A stretch of 64,000 nucleotides of DNA from Laetmonice hystrix. Taxonomy: Eukaryota. The translations under genes and the position numbers were made by a program. Under the pieces are notes generated by a model. The model was given only the letters and a program-made list of their open reading frames with translations. It was not told the DNA's origin and made no database searches. The DNA is taken from positions 17,548,001 through 17,612,000 of the forward strand of contig OZ249436.1 in NCBI GenBank assembly GCA_965235115.1, read 5' to 3'. Shown piece by piece: positions 26,501-38,800 of this stretch; within the stretch, counting starts at the first letter, position 1; each line of letters starts with the position of its first letter.

Positions 26501-29500
26501 TTAGTTGTCCTTGTTGCGATTTTCAACCTTCAGCCAAACACCTTTCATTGGCTGCAGCAGTCCGGCGAAGTTGAAGGTCAACGGAATCTGGAACAAATAT
26601 ACGCGAATCCTTTATTGTTCGCTTCACTGTTTCACACTTTGCAATAATCTATATATACAAAGGTATGTGCACATTGGCTTGCTACTCAGCCTATTAATCT
26701 ATAGATGTAAAGGTGTGTGCACATTACCAGTCAGCCTATTAATCTATAGATGTAAAGGTGTGTGCACATTACCAGTCAGCATATTAATCTATAGATGTAA
26801 AGGTGTGTGCACATTGCCAGTCAGCCTAATTCTCTATAGATGTAAAGGTGTGTGCACATTACCAGTCAGCATATTAATCTATAGATGTAAAGGTGTGTGC
26901 ACATTGCTAGTCAGCCTATTAATCTATAGATGTAAAGGTGTGTGCACATTGCCAGTCAGCATATTAATCTATAGATGTAAAGGTGTGTGCACATTGCCAG
27001 TCGATCAGCATATTAATCTATAGATGTAAAGGTGTGTGCACATTACCAGTCAGCATATTAATCTATTGATATAAAGTGTATAAATTTCTTGAATGTTTTT
27101 TACCTCTGTTTTCCCACAAGTAGACACCCTGGTTTTCCGAAGTATGTGGATGATGGCGATTTTCACCTCAAGCAGAGCAAGTCGCATCGCAATGCAGTTT
27201 CTTGGGCCATAGCCAAATGGGATCCAATCGAATGGGCTTCGCTGAGCCTTGTTCTCGGCAGAAAACCTGGCGTATATCATAGAGATTATCACTGGTGTAC
27301 ATCTAATAGACTAGCATTAGTATATCATATACTATCACTGGTGTACATATCAGACTACAGCACAGGTGTAGGCCTATCATAGGCTAACACTGGTGTATCA
27401 TAGACTGGTAATGGTGTATCCTGGCGTATATAATCAATTGGTGTACTGGTGTACAGTATAAGGTGCATGTAGTCCTACATGTCACTCAATTAGTCAGACA
27501 GCAATTTTCTTACTCAATCTGCGTCGAACTCGTACATATTTTCCAAATACCTTAGACCTATGCCTAACATGCACGGTTTTTGAAATATAACCAAGAATAG
27601 CTTTGATTTGGGGGGGGGGGGGGGGGGGGGTCAACGGATCAAATCCATTCGGTCAAATCTCGTTCAAACTGAAAATAGATGCACACATGCATTGCCCTGT
27701 ATGAACCCTTTCTTTGTGTCGAATTTGAAAGAGAACGGTGGAATAAGTAGGCTACTGAGATATGCCCTGAAATGCGACTTTGTCCCCCAATATGTCCTAC
27801 TATCCTTGCCGATAGGAGGACTGGTGGTCGAGTCTAGCCCACTGGCCGATTCCTCCTAGTCATGAATAGTCCCACATTAAGTTGTCAAGGGTCATCGCGC
27901 ATCCTGCATTCTACTCCTTGAGCTCAGGCCCAGGCTAAACCGTGGGAGGTTGACCTTGAAGTCAACTTCATGAATATTAATAGGACCTGGCGTCGGCGTC
28001 ATAGACTCGCCACTAACACTAAACGGTCTTCCCCGTTAAGTAGGTTTTCTCATGAAAATGACCCATAGCGTGGGCCTATGCTTTTGCCTTGCCCAGTTTG
28101 CTGATACACAAATATGTCCCTCCCTGACAATAGGCTGCAGTTTGTGGGACTCTGGTTTAACCATCACGGTTTAACAAGCGAAATTCCAAATTTTATCTTC
28201 CCTGATTTTAGCATCAACCGTCGCTTCGCAAGCTGGCGCTAGCTATCGGTCTCGGCCTCTGACCGCCTTTGCTACAATGATATTAGTATTTTCAATATTT
28301 GGGGTATTTTGTGTTTAGTCACAATCACAAGTCTTACCTTTCAGGTTTGAATTTCTCAGGCTCAGGCCATCTTTTCTCGTCATGGTGTATCCCAAAGATA
28401 GGAATGTTTACCATCATGCCTTTCCTCAGATGGATGCCATTAATAGTGACATCTCGCGCGGCTTCGCGGTTTCCCCTAAACATGAAATTTTCCAGCAGTA
28501 AAAGAAATAATCCTTGTCTGACTGCGTGGATGAATGGTGGTGTAAAAGTTTATACAATACAGGAATGTCTATAAGTTGATATCAAGTTTATGTAGATGTG
28601 AGATTAGCTGTCATTACAGTATCAGTGTCCCTGCATTGTAACATTTCGGTGTGATGGTTAATAGTCACGTGTACTGACTGAAAGTTGGGGATATAGTCAC
28701 GTGTACGGAGTGAAAGGTGGGGATATAGTTACGTGTACTGACTGAAAGGTGGGGATATAGTCACGTGTACGGAGTGAAAGGTGCTGATATAGTCACGTGT
28801 ACTGACTGAAAGGTGCTGATATAGTCACGTGTACTGACTGAAAGGTGGGGATATAGTCAAGTGTATGGACTGTAAAATGGGGATATAGTCACGCGTACTC
28901 ACTGAAAGGCGGGTGGATAGAATCGAAGTGATTCCATGACGCACTGGTCCAAGTACTGCATTCCTTTCACGGTCTCATATTTCACATCCTTGTTTAAGGA
29001 GGAGAGTAAAGAGTTGTATTTCTTTATTTAATGCTGGAACTATTTGCTGTTCAGGGGATTTCTTGAAAGGTGTTGGGGGGGGGGGGGAGGGCTGAAGGCT
29101 TTAGCGGGAGTTTGGGGGTCCTCCCCCAGAAAGTTTTGAAAATTGAAGTGCCATATATGGGTTTTCCTGACATCTGGGACACAAATTTAAGGTGTTATAG
29201 TTAGCTGAAAAAAGTTATCTGAAAAGCGCCCCCTAAATCCGCCAATGTTATTAAAACGTTACAGGCCTATGAAGTACACGTGGAATAAATAAACCACCAA
29301 TAATGAATAAAATAACCCAATAGTCAATAATGTGTTCTGCTCATAGTTAATCTCATTTACCAAGATGCCTTACATCTGCAAGATGTCTTACATCTGCAAG
29401 TTGTCCATCTCGTTAACGCAGTAGGTCTACCCTTAATAGTTTATAGGTAAATATTGGCTAGAGAAAATCTTCTAGGTGTTCTGACCTTGTCTCCGACAGT

Positions 29501-32500
29501 GTCGTCTATCTCCCGGGCTAGTTTCTCCTGACAGTCTGGGTTTAAAGCCATGTTGTACAAGAAAAGGGACAAAGCAGTTGCCGTCGTATCAAATCCAGCC
29601 AGGAAGAAAAGGACGCTATTGGCCATGACCACTTCATTTGAGACACCTAACCCAATCACAAGAACAACAAATAGAAAGAGACACATATGCATCCATCAAC
29701 AAATCCTTCTTTTTTTTGGCCGCATATCTGAAAACAGGCTGTGACAAAGTTACCCACTAGGTGTCTGTGTCCTGTCCTTGAGATCGCGGGGCTGTGACAA
29801 AGTTACCCACTAGGTCTCTGTGTCCTGTCCTTGAGATCGCGGGGCTGTGACAAAGTTACCCACTAGGTCTCTGTGTCCTGTCCTTGAGATCGCGGGGCTG
29901 TGACAAAGTTACCCACTAGGTCTCTGTGTCCTGTCCTTGAGATCGCGGGGCTGTGACAAAGTTACCCACTCGGTCTCTGTGTCCAGTCCTTGAGATCGCA
30001 GGGCTGTGACAAAGTTACCCACTAGGTCTCTGTGTCCAGTCCTTGAGATCGCGGGGCTGTGACAAAGTTACCCACTAGATGTCTGTGTCCAGTCTTTGAG
30101 ATCGCTAGGCTGTGACAAAGTTACCCACTCGATCTCTGTGTCCAGTCCTTGAGATCACAGGGCTGTGACAAAGTTACCCACTAGATGTCTGTGTCCAGTC
30201 CTTGAGATCACGGGGCTGTGACAAAGTTACCCACTAGGTCTTTGTGTCCAGTCCTTGAGATCGCGCGGCTGTATCAAAGGTACCTACCATGTTTCTGTGG
30301 CCTATCCTTGGGATTGCTAGTCTGTGTCAAAGGTACCCACCATGTTTCTGTGGCCTGTCCTTGAGATCGCTGACCTCGCTCTCGTCACCCTCCGCGTCCT
30401 CCCCAGTGTCCCGGATGTCCTCCCCTTTCTGGGCGTTGATCATCAGCTGCAGGAAGTCTGCCCTGGTCTGCGTGGAGTATACAATCAGCCCTCATTAACT
30501 ATATATCCTGGCTCCGGTTTCAGAAAGGCTCCAAATTACAGCAAGTTTGAAGCTAAGCAGAGCGCTACGGTGACTACCGAGGACACAGACACTTTAACTT
30601 TCCATATTTTCATGAATATTTTCACGGCAGTCGAAATATCACCACGATGACAATATTACCCACCGTAAAAATATCGATGAAAATAAATCTATATAAACAC
30701 TAAAGCTCTATGTCCCTATTAGGTCTGCCGTAGCTCTGCTTGTATCCTGGGCCCGGTTTCAGAAAGATTAGCATGATCTGCTTAGCCTTTTAGGACCCCT
30801 GATTGGCTGGTTGAAGCTGAGCAGCAGAGGACCAGCCAATCAGGGGTCCTAAAAAGCTAAGCAGAGCTTAAGTTAAGATCATGCTAACCTTTCTGAAACC
30901 GGGCCCTGGTCTGCACGGATTGTACAATCAACCATCAGTACCTGTATTCTGGTCCTCACGGATTGTACAATCAACCATCAGTACCTGTATTCTGGTCCTC
31001 AGGGATTGTACAATCAACCATCAGTACCTGTATTCTGGTCCTCACGGATTGTACAATCAACCATCAGTACCTGTATTCTGGTCCTCAGGGATTGTACAAT
31101 CAACCATCAGTACCTGTATTCTGGTCCTCAGGGATTGTACAATCAACCATCAGTACCTGTATTCTGGTCCTCAGGGATTGTACAATCAACCATCAGTACC
31201 TGTATTCTGGTCCTCAGGGATTGTACAATCAACCATCAGTACCTGTATTCTGGTCCTCAGGGATTGTACAATCAACCATCAGTACCTGTATTCTGGTCCT
31301 CAGGGATTGTACAATCAACCATCAGTACCTGTATTCTGGTCCTCAGGGATTGTACAATCAACCATCAGTACCTGTATTCTGGTCCTCCCGGATTGTACAA
31401 TCAACCATCAGTACCTGTATTCTGGTCCTCACGGATTGTACAATCAACCATCAGTACCTGTATTCTGGTCCTCACGGATTGTACAATCAACCATCAGTAC
31501 CTGTATTCTGGTCCTCACGGATTGTACAATCAACCATCAGTACCTGTATTCTGGTCTGCGCGGATTGCACAATCAACCATCAGTACTGTGTACTACGGAA
31601 GCCCGTTAGTGCCATAGTGTCGATATATTTTATCTGGCGGCCGCAACACAATTATCTGGCGACCGCCATTATGTTGGCAGATTATGCAATCAACTATCAA
31701 TAACTGTATCCAGTTCTGTTCAGCCATCGGTAACTACATGAGAAAAGTTGCCTCTGTGCGTTGAGCGCGGTTAGGGAACTGCCCCTTACCTGGTCGGATC
31801 GACGGGTTAGGGCCCGGCCCTTTACCTGGTCGGATCGAGGGGTTAGGGGCCTGCCCTTTACCTGGTCGGATCGATGGGTTAGGGGCCTGCCCCTTACCTG
31901 GTCGGATCGAGGGGTTAGGGGCCTGTCCTTTACCTGGTCGGATCGAGGGGTTAGGGGCCTGTCCTTTACCTGGTCGGATCTAGGGGTTAGGGGCCTGCCC
32001 CTTACCTGGTCGACTCGAGGGGTTAGGGGCCTGTCCTTTACCTGGTCGGATCGAGGGGTTAGGGGCCTGCCCCTTGCCTGGTCGGATCGAGGGGTTAGGG
32101 GCCTGTCCTTTACCTGGTCGGATCGAGGGGTTAGGGGCCTGCCCCTTGCCTGGTCGGATCGAGGGGTTAGGGGCCTGCCCCTTACCTGGTCGACTCGAGG
32201 GGTTAGGGGCCTGTCCTTTACCTGGTCGGATCGAGGGGTTAGGGGCCTGCCCCTTGCCTGGTCGGATCGAGGGGTTAGGGGCCTGTCCTTTACCTGGTCG
32301 GATCGAGAGGTTAGGGGCCTGCTCCTTGCCAGGTCGGGTCGAGGGGTTAGGGGGCCTGTGCGTTACCTGGTCGGATCGAGGGGTTAGGGGCCTGTCCTTT
32401 ACCTGGTCGGATCGAGGGGTTAGGGGGCCTGCCCCTTACCTGGTCGCTATCCTGTCGTCGAGATTTCATTGTTTGCTCAAGTACACCAATGAAAAAGTTC

Positions 32501-35500
32501 CGGACATCTGTTGGAACGAAGGTCTTTAAGCCGAGCAGATTTAGTACCTTTTGTAGGCCCGGGAAAAACACTGAAATGGTTGGTTTTTATGTCAGCGAAC
32601 GGCCCAAACAAAATGACAAATAGGCAAAACACGATTCATCAATGGTCTAATGAAAGATTGTCGAACTGCAAGTTTTATATGCCAATATCTCCGATTATTT
32701 CAATCTAAGATTTAGTGCATGCATTTCAAGCAAAGTTACACGTAATTAGGCACAGTTGAATTTGATTTACTACCCACGTACACACGAAAAAGGTCAAAGG
32801 ACTAATTTTGAATGCCCTCAATCCGTTCTTCACAAAGGCACTTTCTTTATCCTTCAGAGAGTCGAGGCGGATTCCAAAAGCTGTGGCGGCAATGACATCC
32901 AACGTAAAACTAGAAGCACATCTGAAGAAACATAGAAATGACTTTTATCGTTTCTTAGATTATAAATACTTTACACAATTTACACAAAATCCTGTGGCTT
33001 AGAAGTGGTAGAGTACAAATTTACAAACGTTTTAAAACACGATTTTCAGTACGGTAGTTATTTCTCTAATGCCGGAAATTATCTTTTTGAAACTGATATT
33101 GATACGAAGTGGAAGGATTGGATATATTAATATAAAGTAATCCACGTACTTCTTCATTTCAAGTTCCTGTCCATGTTGCTCTGCCAAATTCTCAGCCATC
33201 TGGGCACCACATCTGTTAATCTCAACTGCCATCTGTAATACCGCAAACATTTTTATATCATAATGATTAAATTGTCGACGTAATGAGGAGTTACATATAA
33301 AACTACATACATGCCTAGGGGCATAAAGATGGCGGCATTTAAACAAGTACACATATTTTATCGACCATAATAAATGTACCACAAAATACATAACATCAGC
33401 CATCGTGAATAGGTCGAGCAGAGTATGCTATAGACTGACCAGAGTATATATGCCATAGACCGGCCAGAGTATATGCCATAGACCGACCATGGTAGGCCTA
33501 TATGCCATAGACCGACCAGAGTATATGCCATAGACCGACCAGGGTAGGCCTATATGCCATAGACCGACCAGGGTAGGCCTATATGCCATAGACCGACCAG
33601 AGTATATGCCATAGACCGACCAGGGTAGGCCTATATGCCATAGACCGACCAGAGTATATGCCATAGACCGACCAGGGTAGGCCTATATGCCATAGACCGA
33701 CCAGAGTATATGCCATAGACCGACCAGAGTATATGCCATAGACCGACCAGAGTATATGCCATAGACCGACCAGGGTAGGCCTATATGCCATAGACCGACC
33801 AGAGTATATGCCATAGACCGACCAGAGTATATGCTATAGACCGACCAGGGTAGGCCTATATGCCATAGACCGATCAGAGTATATGCCATAGACCGACCAG
33901 GGTAGGCCTATATGCCATAGACCGATCAGAGTATATGCCATATAGACCGACCAGGGTGGGCCTATATGCCATAGACCGACCAGGGTAGGCCTATATGCCA
34001 TAGACCGACCAAAGTATATGCTATAGACTGACCAGCATATGCTGATGACTGACCAGAGTTTTTGCTATAGACTGACCAGAGTATATGCTATAGACTGACT
34101 AGAGTATGGTATACACTATTAATTATTAATTAACCTACCCGTTTAAGTTTTCCAGTGCTGAACACTGGACTCATTACTGTGCGTAGATCCTTCCAGCTCT
34201 CGCCTCGAGCATTCGACAACATTTTCTCGAAAAGTTCATCGCCAGAGGTGAAGTTCTTCATCAGCCACAAAAATACATAATTGACTCTATTTCGGTGAAG
34301 TATAGTTGACGAGAAATCGTTAATTGCAAATATTTAATTAAAAATATATACTATGTCCAAAGAAATTTTCATGAAAATGTTGTTTGTGTGTGAGAGAGGA
34401 GTAAGATCTAAGCAAGATATACAAACCACTCGATCCGTGAAGTTTGAAAAGTCCTTGACTAAAACTTGAGACAGGAAGCTGTCATCAAAAACTGTCAGGC
34501 CTGCTCTACTTCCGAAGAATACACTGGATAAAAATGGTTCTAATATAAGACTCATTCACTTATAAATTCAGACATTAATTCTCTCATAACTGCAGGACTC
34601 GATTCTATTGGAGAGAACTGAAAATCTCTATACAGAACGCAATTCAGATTCTCTTACACAGAACAAATTTCCAAGTGTCGAGTCTTACGTTTTATAATTC
34701 CCAATTTCATATACAGATATATATTATGTATTTCTAAGATCATTTTTAATGATGAATTACTTTGATATTGATTATAAAAACGTCAGGCAGCCTTGAGGTA
34801 TGTATACTTACGGCACAATATCACCATATGTGTTATGCAACTTAACCTCTGTCCACGGGAACTTCTGTGTAAACAGTAACGTATTATATATATGTATGTA
34901 TATAATGTACATGTACTCCTATACTATACATCCTCCCCCCTCCCGTACGCATGGACCGTAGCCCCGTGTAGAACGTAGAGTACAGTAGGCCTACATCCCT
35001 CTCCCGTACACAGGGACCGTATCCCTGGGTAGAACCTATCCCCGTCCCGTACATAGGGACCGTTGCCCAGGGTAGAACCAAAGATATTGTTACGTAACAA
35101 TATCTTTGGTAGAGCGTAGAGTACAGTAGCTACATCCTTCTCCCGTACACAGGGACCGTATCCCTGTGTAGAACCTATAGAGTACAGTGAGTATAATCCC
35201 TCCCGTACACAGGGACCGTATTCCCAAGTAGAACCAGGGACCGTTTCCCTGGGTAGGACCGATTTCTTCGTTTTATACTGCTGCCCTTTGCCCTAAAAGC
35301 AGGTTAGGCCTATAGATTTGAATTTACATTCTCTTCTCCCGCTGTAATCTTTTACTGGCATGATGATTAAGCCATGAGTGGGATATAATTTAATACCATT
35401 TGGAGGCGTAAATCTCATTGATTTATTTGATTCTCTATATCAACCATTCTCCCCAGAGCCGATCTGTCCTTACCTTTAACCATTCTCCCCAGAGCCGCAT

Positions 35501-36329
35501 TGTTCCGACCAGTGGCAGAGGACGCGGGCCCTTTAGCCCCTGCTTTGCGAAGAAGTTGAAGTCGCGGGTATTATTCCTAAAATACAAACATTTAGCACAC
35601 AAGGACTGCTCAATACTGGGAGGTCATCAGAAGATCCTAATCTCACTTTTCAAAGTGCTCTAAAGGCGCTCTAGATTGTGAAGCTTCCAGCATCCAACAA
35701 GAGCCATTGCATCTTGAAGACAGGATAATAATTTGTATATTGTCCCTATGTATTAGAAGGTGGTTGAGATAGTCACGATGGGATTGTAGCTAACAGTCCA
35801 CTAGGTCTGATAATGTCCATTTTAATTCACAAGCCGGCGTTGAGCCCTATCTCCTACCATAGGCTGCCGACAGTGACAGTTAGTGAATGACTGTTTCTGT
35901 CGACAGCCTTCTTATGGTGGGACATATAGGTCTTACAACATTATGTTGTAAGAACTATATGTCCTACCATAGACATAGGTCTTACAACATTATGTTTAAG
36001 ACCTATATGTCCTACCATAGGAAGGCTGTCGACAGAGACAGTTATAAGTGAATGTTGTGAGACATAATTGGATCTCCTACCATAGGAAGGCACTGACAGA
36101 GACTGTCAGTTAGTGAATGTTGTGAGACCTATCTCCTACCATAGGAAGGCACTGACAGAGACTGTCAGTTAGTGAATGTTGTGAGACCTATCTCCTACCA
36201 TAGGAAGGCTGCCGACAGCGATAGTTAGTGAATGTTGTGAGACATAATCTCCTACCATAGAAAGGCGATGATGCCAACAGTGACCAGTATAAGCCACACC
36301 GGAATGTCGATCAGGCCGAGGATCAACAT
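26501..36329 (-). CDS. CYP3A: Cytochrome P450, clan 3 (CYP3A-like), copy 2, about 519 aa
   Basis: Exons 36329-36256, 35576-35474, 34864-34812, 34523-34427, 34255-34139, 33232-33150, 32921-32782, 32570-32440, 30467-30341, 29646-29486, 28988-28903, 28475-28338, 27266-27104, 26587-26501. Same sizes and motifs as copy 1. Upstream homology continues to about 37745 (24540 in copy 1). Confidence 0.93.
26680..27065. repeat. 45-bp intronic minisatellite (CYP copy 2 last intron)
   Basis: TATAGATGTAAAGGTGTGTGCACATTACCAGTCAGCATATTAATC about 8 times; single copy near 14697-14745 in copy 1. Confidence 0.92.
28661..28912 (-). repeat. 32-bp exon 11 donor array (CYP copy 2)
   Basis: About 8 units, equivalent to 15811-16190. 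Confidence 0.9.
29737..30372 (-). repeat. 53-bp exon 9 donor array (CYP copy 2)
   Basis: About 12 units, equivalent to 16808-17445. Confidence 0.9.
30750..30905. mobile_element. PIF/Harbinger-like MITE
   Basis: CTG|GGCCCGGTTTCAGAAAG ... CTTTCTGAAACCGGGCC|CTG: TIRs with a 3-bp target duplication and a palindromic interior. Confidence 0.75.
30906..31585 (-). repeat. 43-bp array derived from the CYP exon 9 acceptor region (copy 2 only)
   Basis: About 16 units; end units CTGGTCTGCRCGGATTGYACAATCAACC resemble the true acceptor region CTGGTCTGCGTGGAGTATACAATCAGCC at 30463-30490. Confidence 0.85.
31770..32446 (-). repeat. 36-bp exon 8 donor array (CYP copy 2)
   Basis: About 19 units containing CGACCAG|GTAAGG, GTAAAG or GCAAGG. 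Confidence 0.9.
33420..34110. repeat. Mixed 23/29-bp minisatellite (CYP copy 2 intron 5)
   Basis: Units differ by presence or absence of a GGCCTA insertion at a TA. Confidence 0.9.
35845..36266 (-). repeat. Exon 1 donor array (CYP copy 2), including an inverted unit
   Basis: Units with CCTATG|GTAGGA; an inverted copy near 35893-35942. Confidence 0.8.
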
Positions 36330-36891
36330 TGTCGAACGTTTCCGAGATCCAGCGACTTCCAACGTATCCTACAAAGTGTATAGGCACAGAATCTTCTACC
36401 GTCTATGGGCCAATAATATATAGGTCGGACATGTAACTCAGACCAGAGGCCCATACCTTTCAAATACGGTTGGCCAAAGTTCAGCAATACGCCTACTTAC
36501 AGTAAATTGTAGGTCAGTGCGCTATGGGTAGCCGCTATGAGCATAACTGGACATGGTCTAAATCACATACATTTAGTATTTTTGACCAGGCTTTACCCTA
36601 TGTAAACTATTTCAACAAATTTGTAGGCAAATTAAAGAAAGGTACTTAAGTATGTTGGAGAGAGAGCCAAACATACCGACAGACAGACGGACAGACAGCG
36701 TTTACAACCAGGAAGAGTAGCCGTGGCGGATTTAGGAGGGCTTTTTCAAAAGCAGGATCCCTCCATACTATAATTGAGTTGAGCTGACCTGTGCCCATCC
36801 ACCCACACAGCCCCCGCCTCGAAAAAACTGGGTCATCTCCCTGGATCCGCACGCATCATACAATATAACGTACGTGGGTCCATTACATAGG

Positions 36892-37214
36892 CATACCTGC
36901 CAACCCTACCGAATTACACGGTAGCCTACCGAATTTGGACGATCTCAACCGCCTACCGTTTCGTTGCAATATCCCTACAGCATTCAGAAAAAAATAAAAC
37001 GTACAATTCTTTTAACACTATAGGCCTACGCGGTAGCGCCACTTCACTGCCGGAGCAGCCGAGGAATCTTGAGCACTGCTATGCGTATTCTCATCTCGTG
37101 GATGATTGGTTGATTCTCTTTCAATTTAAGTCAATTTATGTCTCAGAAAGCAGGAAAATGCATTATTTTACCTCCTTTAAAGAAAAATCTGTTAAAGAAA
37201 GTTTGGCAGGTATG
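36892..37214. mobile_element. Short TIR element CATACCTGCCAA..TTGGCAGGTATG
   Basis: 12-bp terminal inverted repeats; absent from the homologous region upstream of copy 1. Confidence 0.6.
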
Positions 37215-37849
37215 CATAAACATACAATACAATCGGCCCATTGCAATATGACGTGGGCCCATTATATACAATACAATCAGTCCATTGGAATAAAATACAA
37301 TCTGGGCCCATTAGTATGGCGTTATATGTTGCAATATTCAATATTTTATTTTTTTTATTCAGATTTTCTGAAATAAGGCACATATATGCCCCCAGAATGC
37401 ACAATTTTACTCCTAGTTTTAAAAAATTTTCGGGGGGAACATGGCCCTAGACCCCCTACAACGCTTCGTGCCTATTGCACTCCCTATACAATGGCTTTGC
37501 TGCTGCATTTCACATTCTCAATCGTTGGCACCACGTACTGGTATTGGAAACCAGTTTCAATATCACTGGTCAAGAAACAGCTCTGGATCTACCCCATGCA
37601 AATTTATGGAACTCATTTCGCGATCGTTAGCTCGAACCTACAAATAGTTAGATCGAACCTACAAATGATCTATTACATCTACCACCACTGCATGTTGATG
37701 TATAGAACTGCGCATTATCCAGCGATATTCTTCCCAATAACAACATTAATGTATTTATTAAAATGTTACCTAATCAATGCACTAGATATAGGTGCACGTT
37801 TGTGAATTACGTATTGTTGAACGTTGTTTAATATATTACGAGTCGTCTC

Positions 37850-38095
37850 TTGAAATTCTAGGGCCAAAAAACCGGAAAGACCAGGACTGGTTCGACGAAC
37901 ATGATGTGAGTATTGAAAACCTCCTAAAGGAGAAACACCTGCTCCACCAGCATTAACTAAACACCCCCTCAAACCCCAGGGGCAAAAACTTAACACCTGC
38001 AATAAAAAACTGCAAAAAGAACTCCGAAAGATGCAAGACCAGTGGTATTGCAACAAAGCAGATGAAAATCAAGACAAAAAGACATGAAGCGTTTC
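37850..38095 (+). mobile_element. Decayed RTE-clade LINE fragment
   Basis: With a frameshift and a stop it translates to DQDWFDEHDVSIENLLKEKHLLHQ..KKLQKELRKMQDQWYCNKADE, resembling the endonuclease-RT linker of RTE elements. Confidence 0.65.
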
Positions 38096-38111
38096 TTTGC
38101 TGCTGTGCCTG

Positions 38112-38800
38112 TGCCACAGAGATCTTGCACGTGCTCTGTTTAATGCAGATGGTACACAGCTATACTCACAGAGATCTGGCACGTCCTCTGCTCAATGCAG
38201 ATGGTACACAGCTACTCACAGAGATCTGGCACGTCTTCTGTTCAATGCAGATGGAACACAGCTACTCACAGAGATCTGGCACGTCCGCTGCTCAATGCAT
38301 ATGGTACACAGCTACTGACAGAGATCTGGCACGTCTTCTGTTCAATACAGATGGAACACAGCTACTCACAGAGATCTGACACATCCTCTGTTCAATGTAG
38401 ATGGTATACACAGCTACTCAGACATCTGGCACGTCCTCTGCTCAATGCATATGGTACACAGCTACTCACAGAGATCTGGCACGTCTTCTGTTCAATACAG
38501 ATGGTACACAGCTATTCACAGAGATCTGGAACGACCTCTGTTCAATGCAGATGGTACACAGCTACTCACAGAGATCTGGCACGTCTTCTGTTCAATGCAG
38601 ATGGTACACAGCTACTGACAGAGACCTGGCACGTCTTCTGTTCAATGCAGATGGAACACAGCTACTCACAGAGATCTGGCACGTCCGCTGCTCAATGTAG
38701 ATGGTATACACAGCTACTGACAGAGATCTGGCACGTCCTCTGTTCAATGTAGATGGTATACACAGCTACTCAGACATCTGGCACGTCCTCTGCTCAATGC
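38112..38800. repeat. 50-bp minisatellite, about 13 copies
   Basis: Unit CACAGAGATCTGGCACGTCTTCTGTTCAATGCAGATGGTACACAGCTACT. Confidence 0.93.

Noticed and set aside
30881..32529. Long repetitive ORFs of 150-246 aa
   Set aside because: Stop-free frames of 43-bp and 36-bp intronic arrays antisense to the CYP gene.
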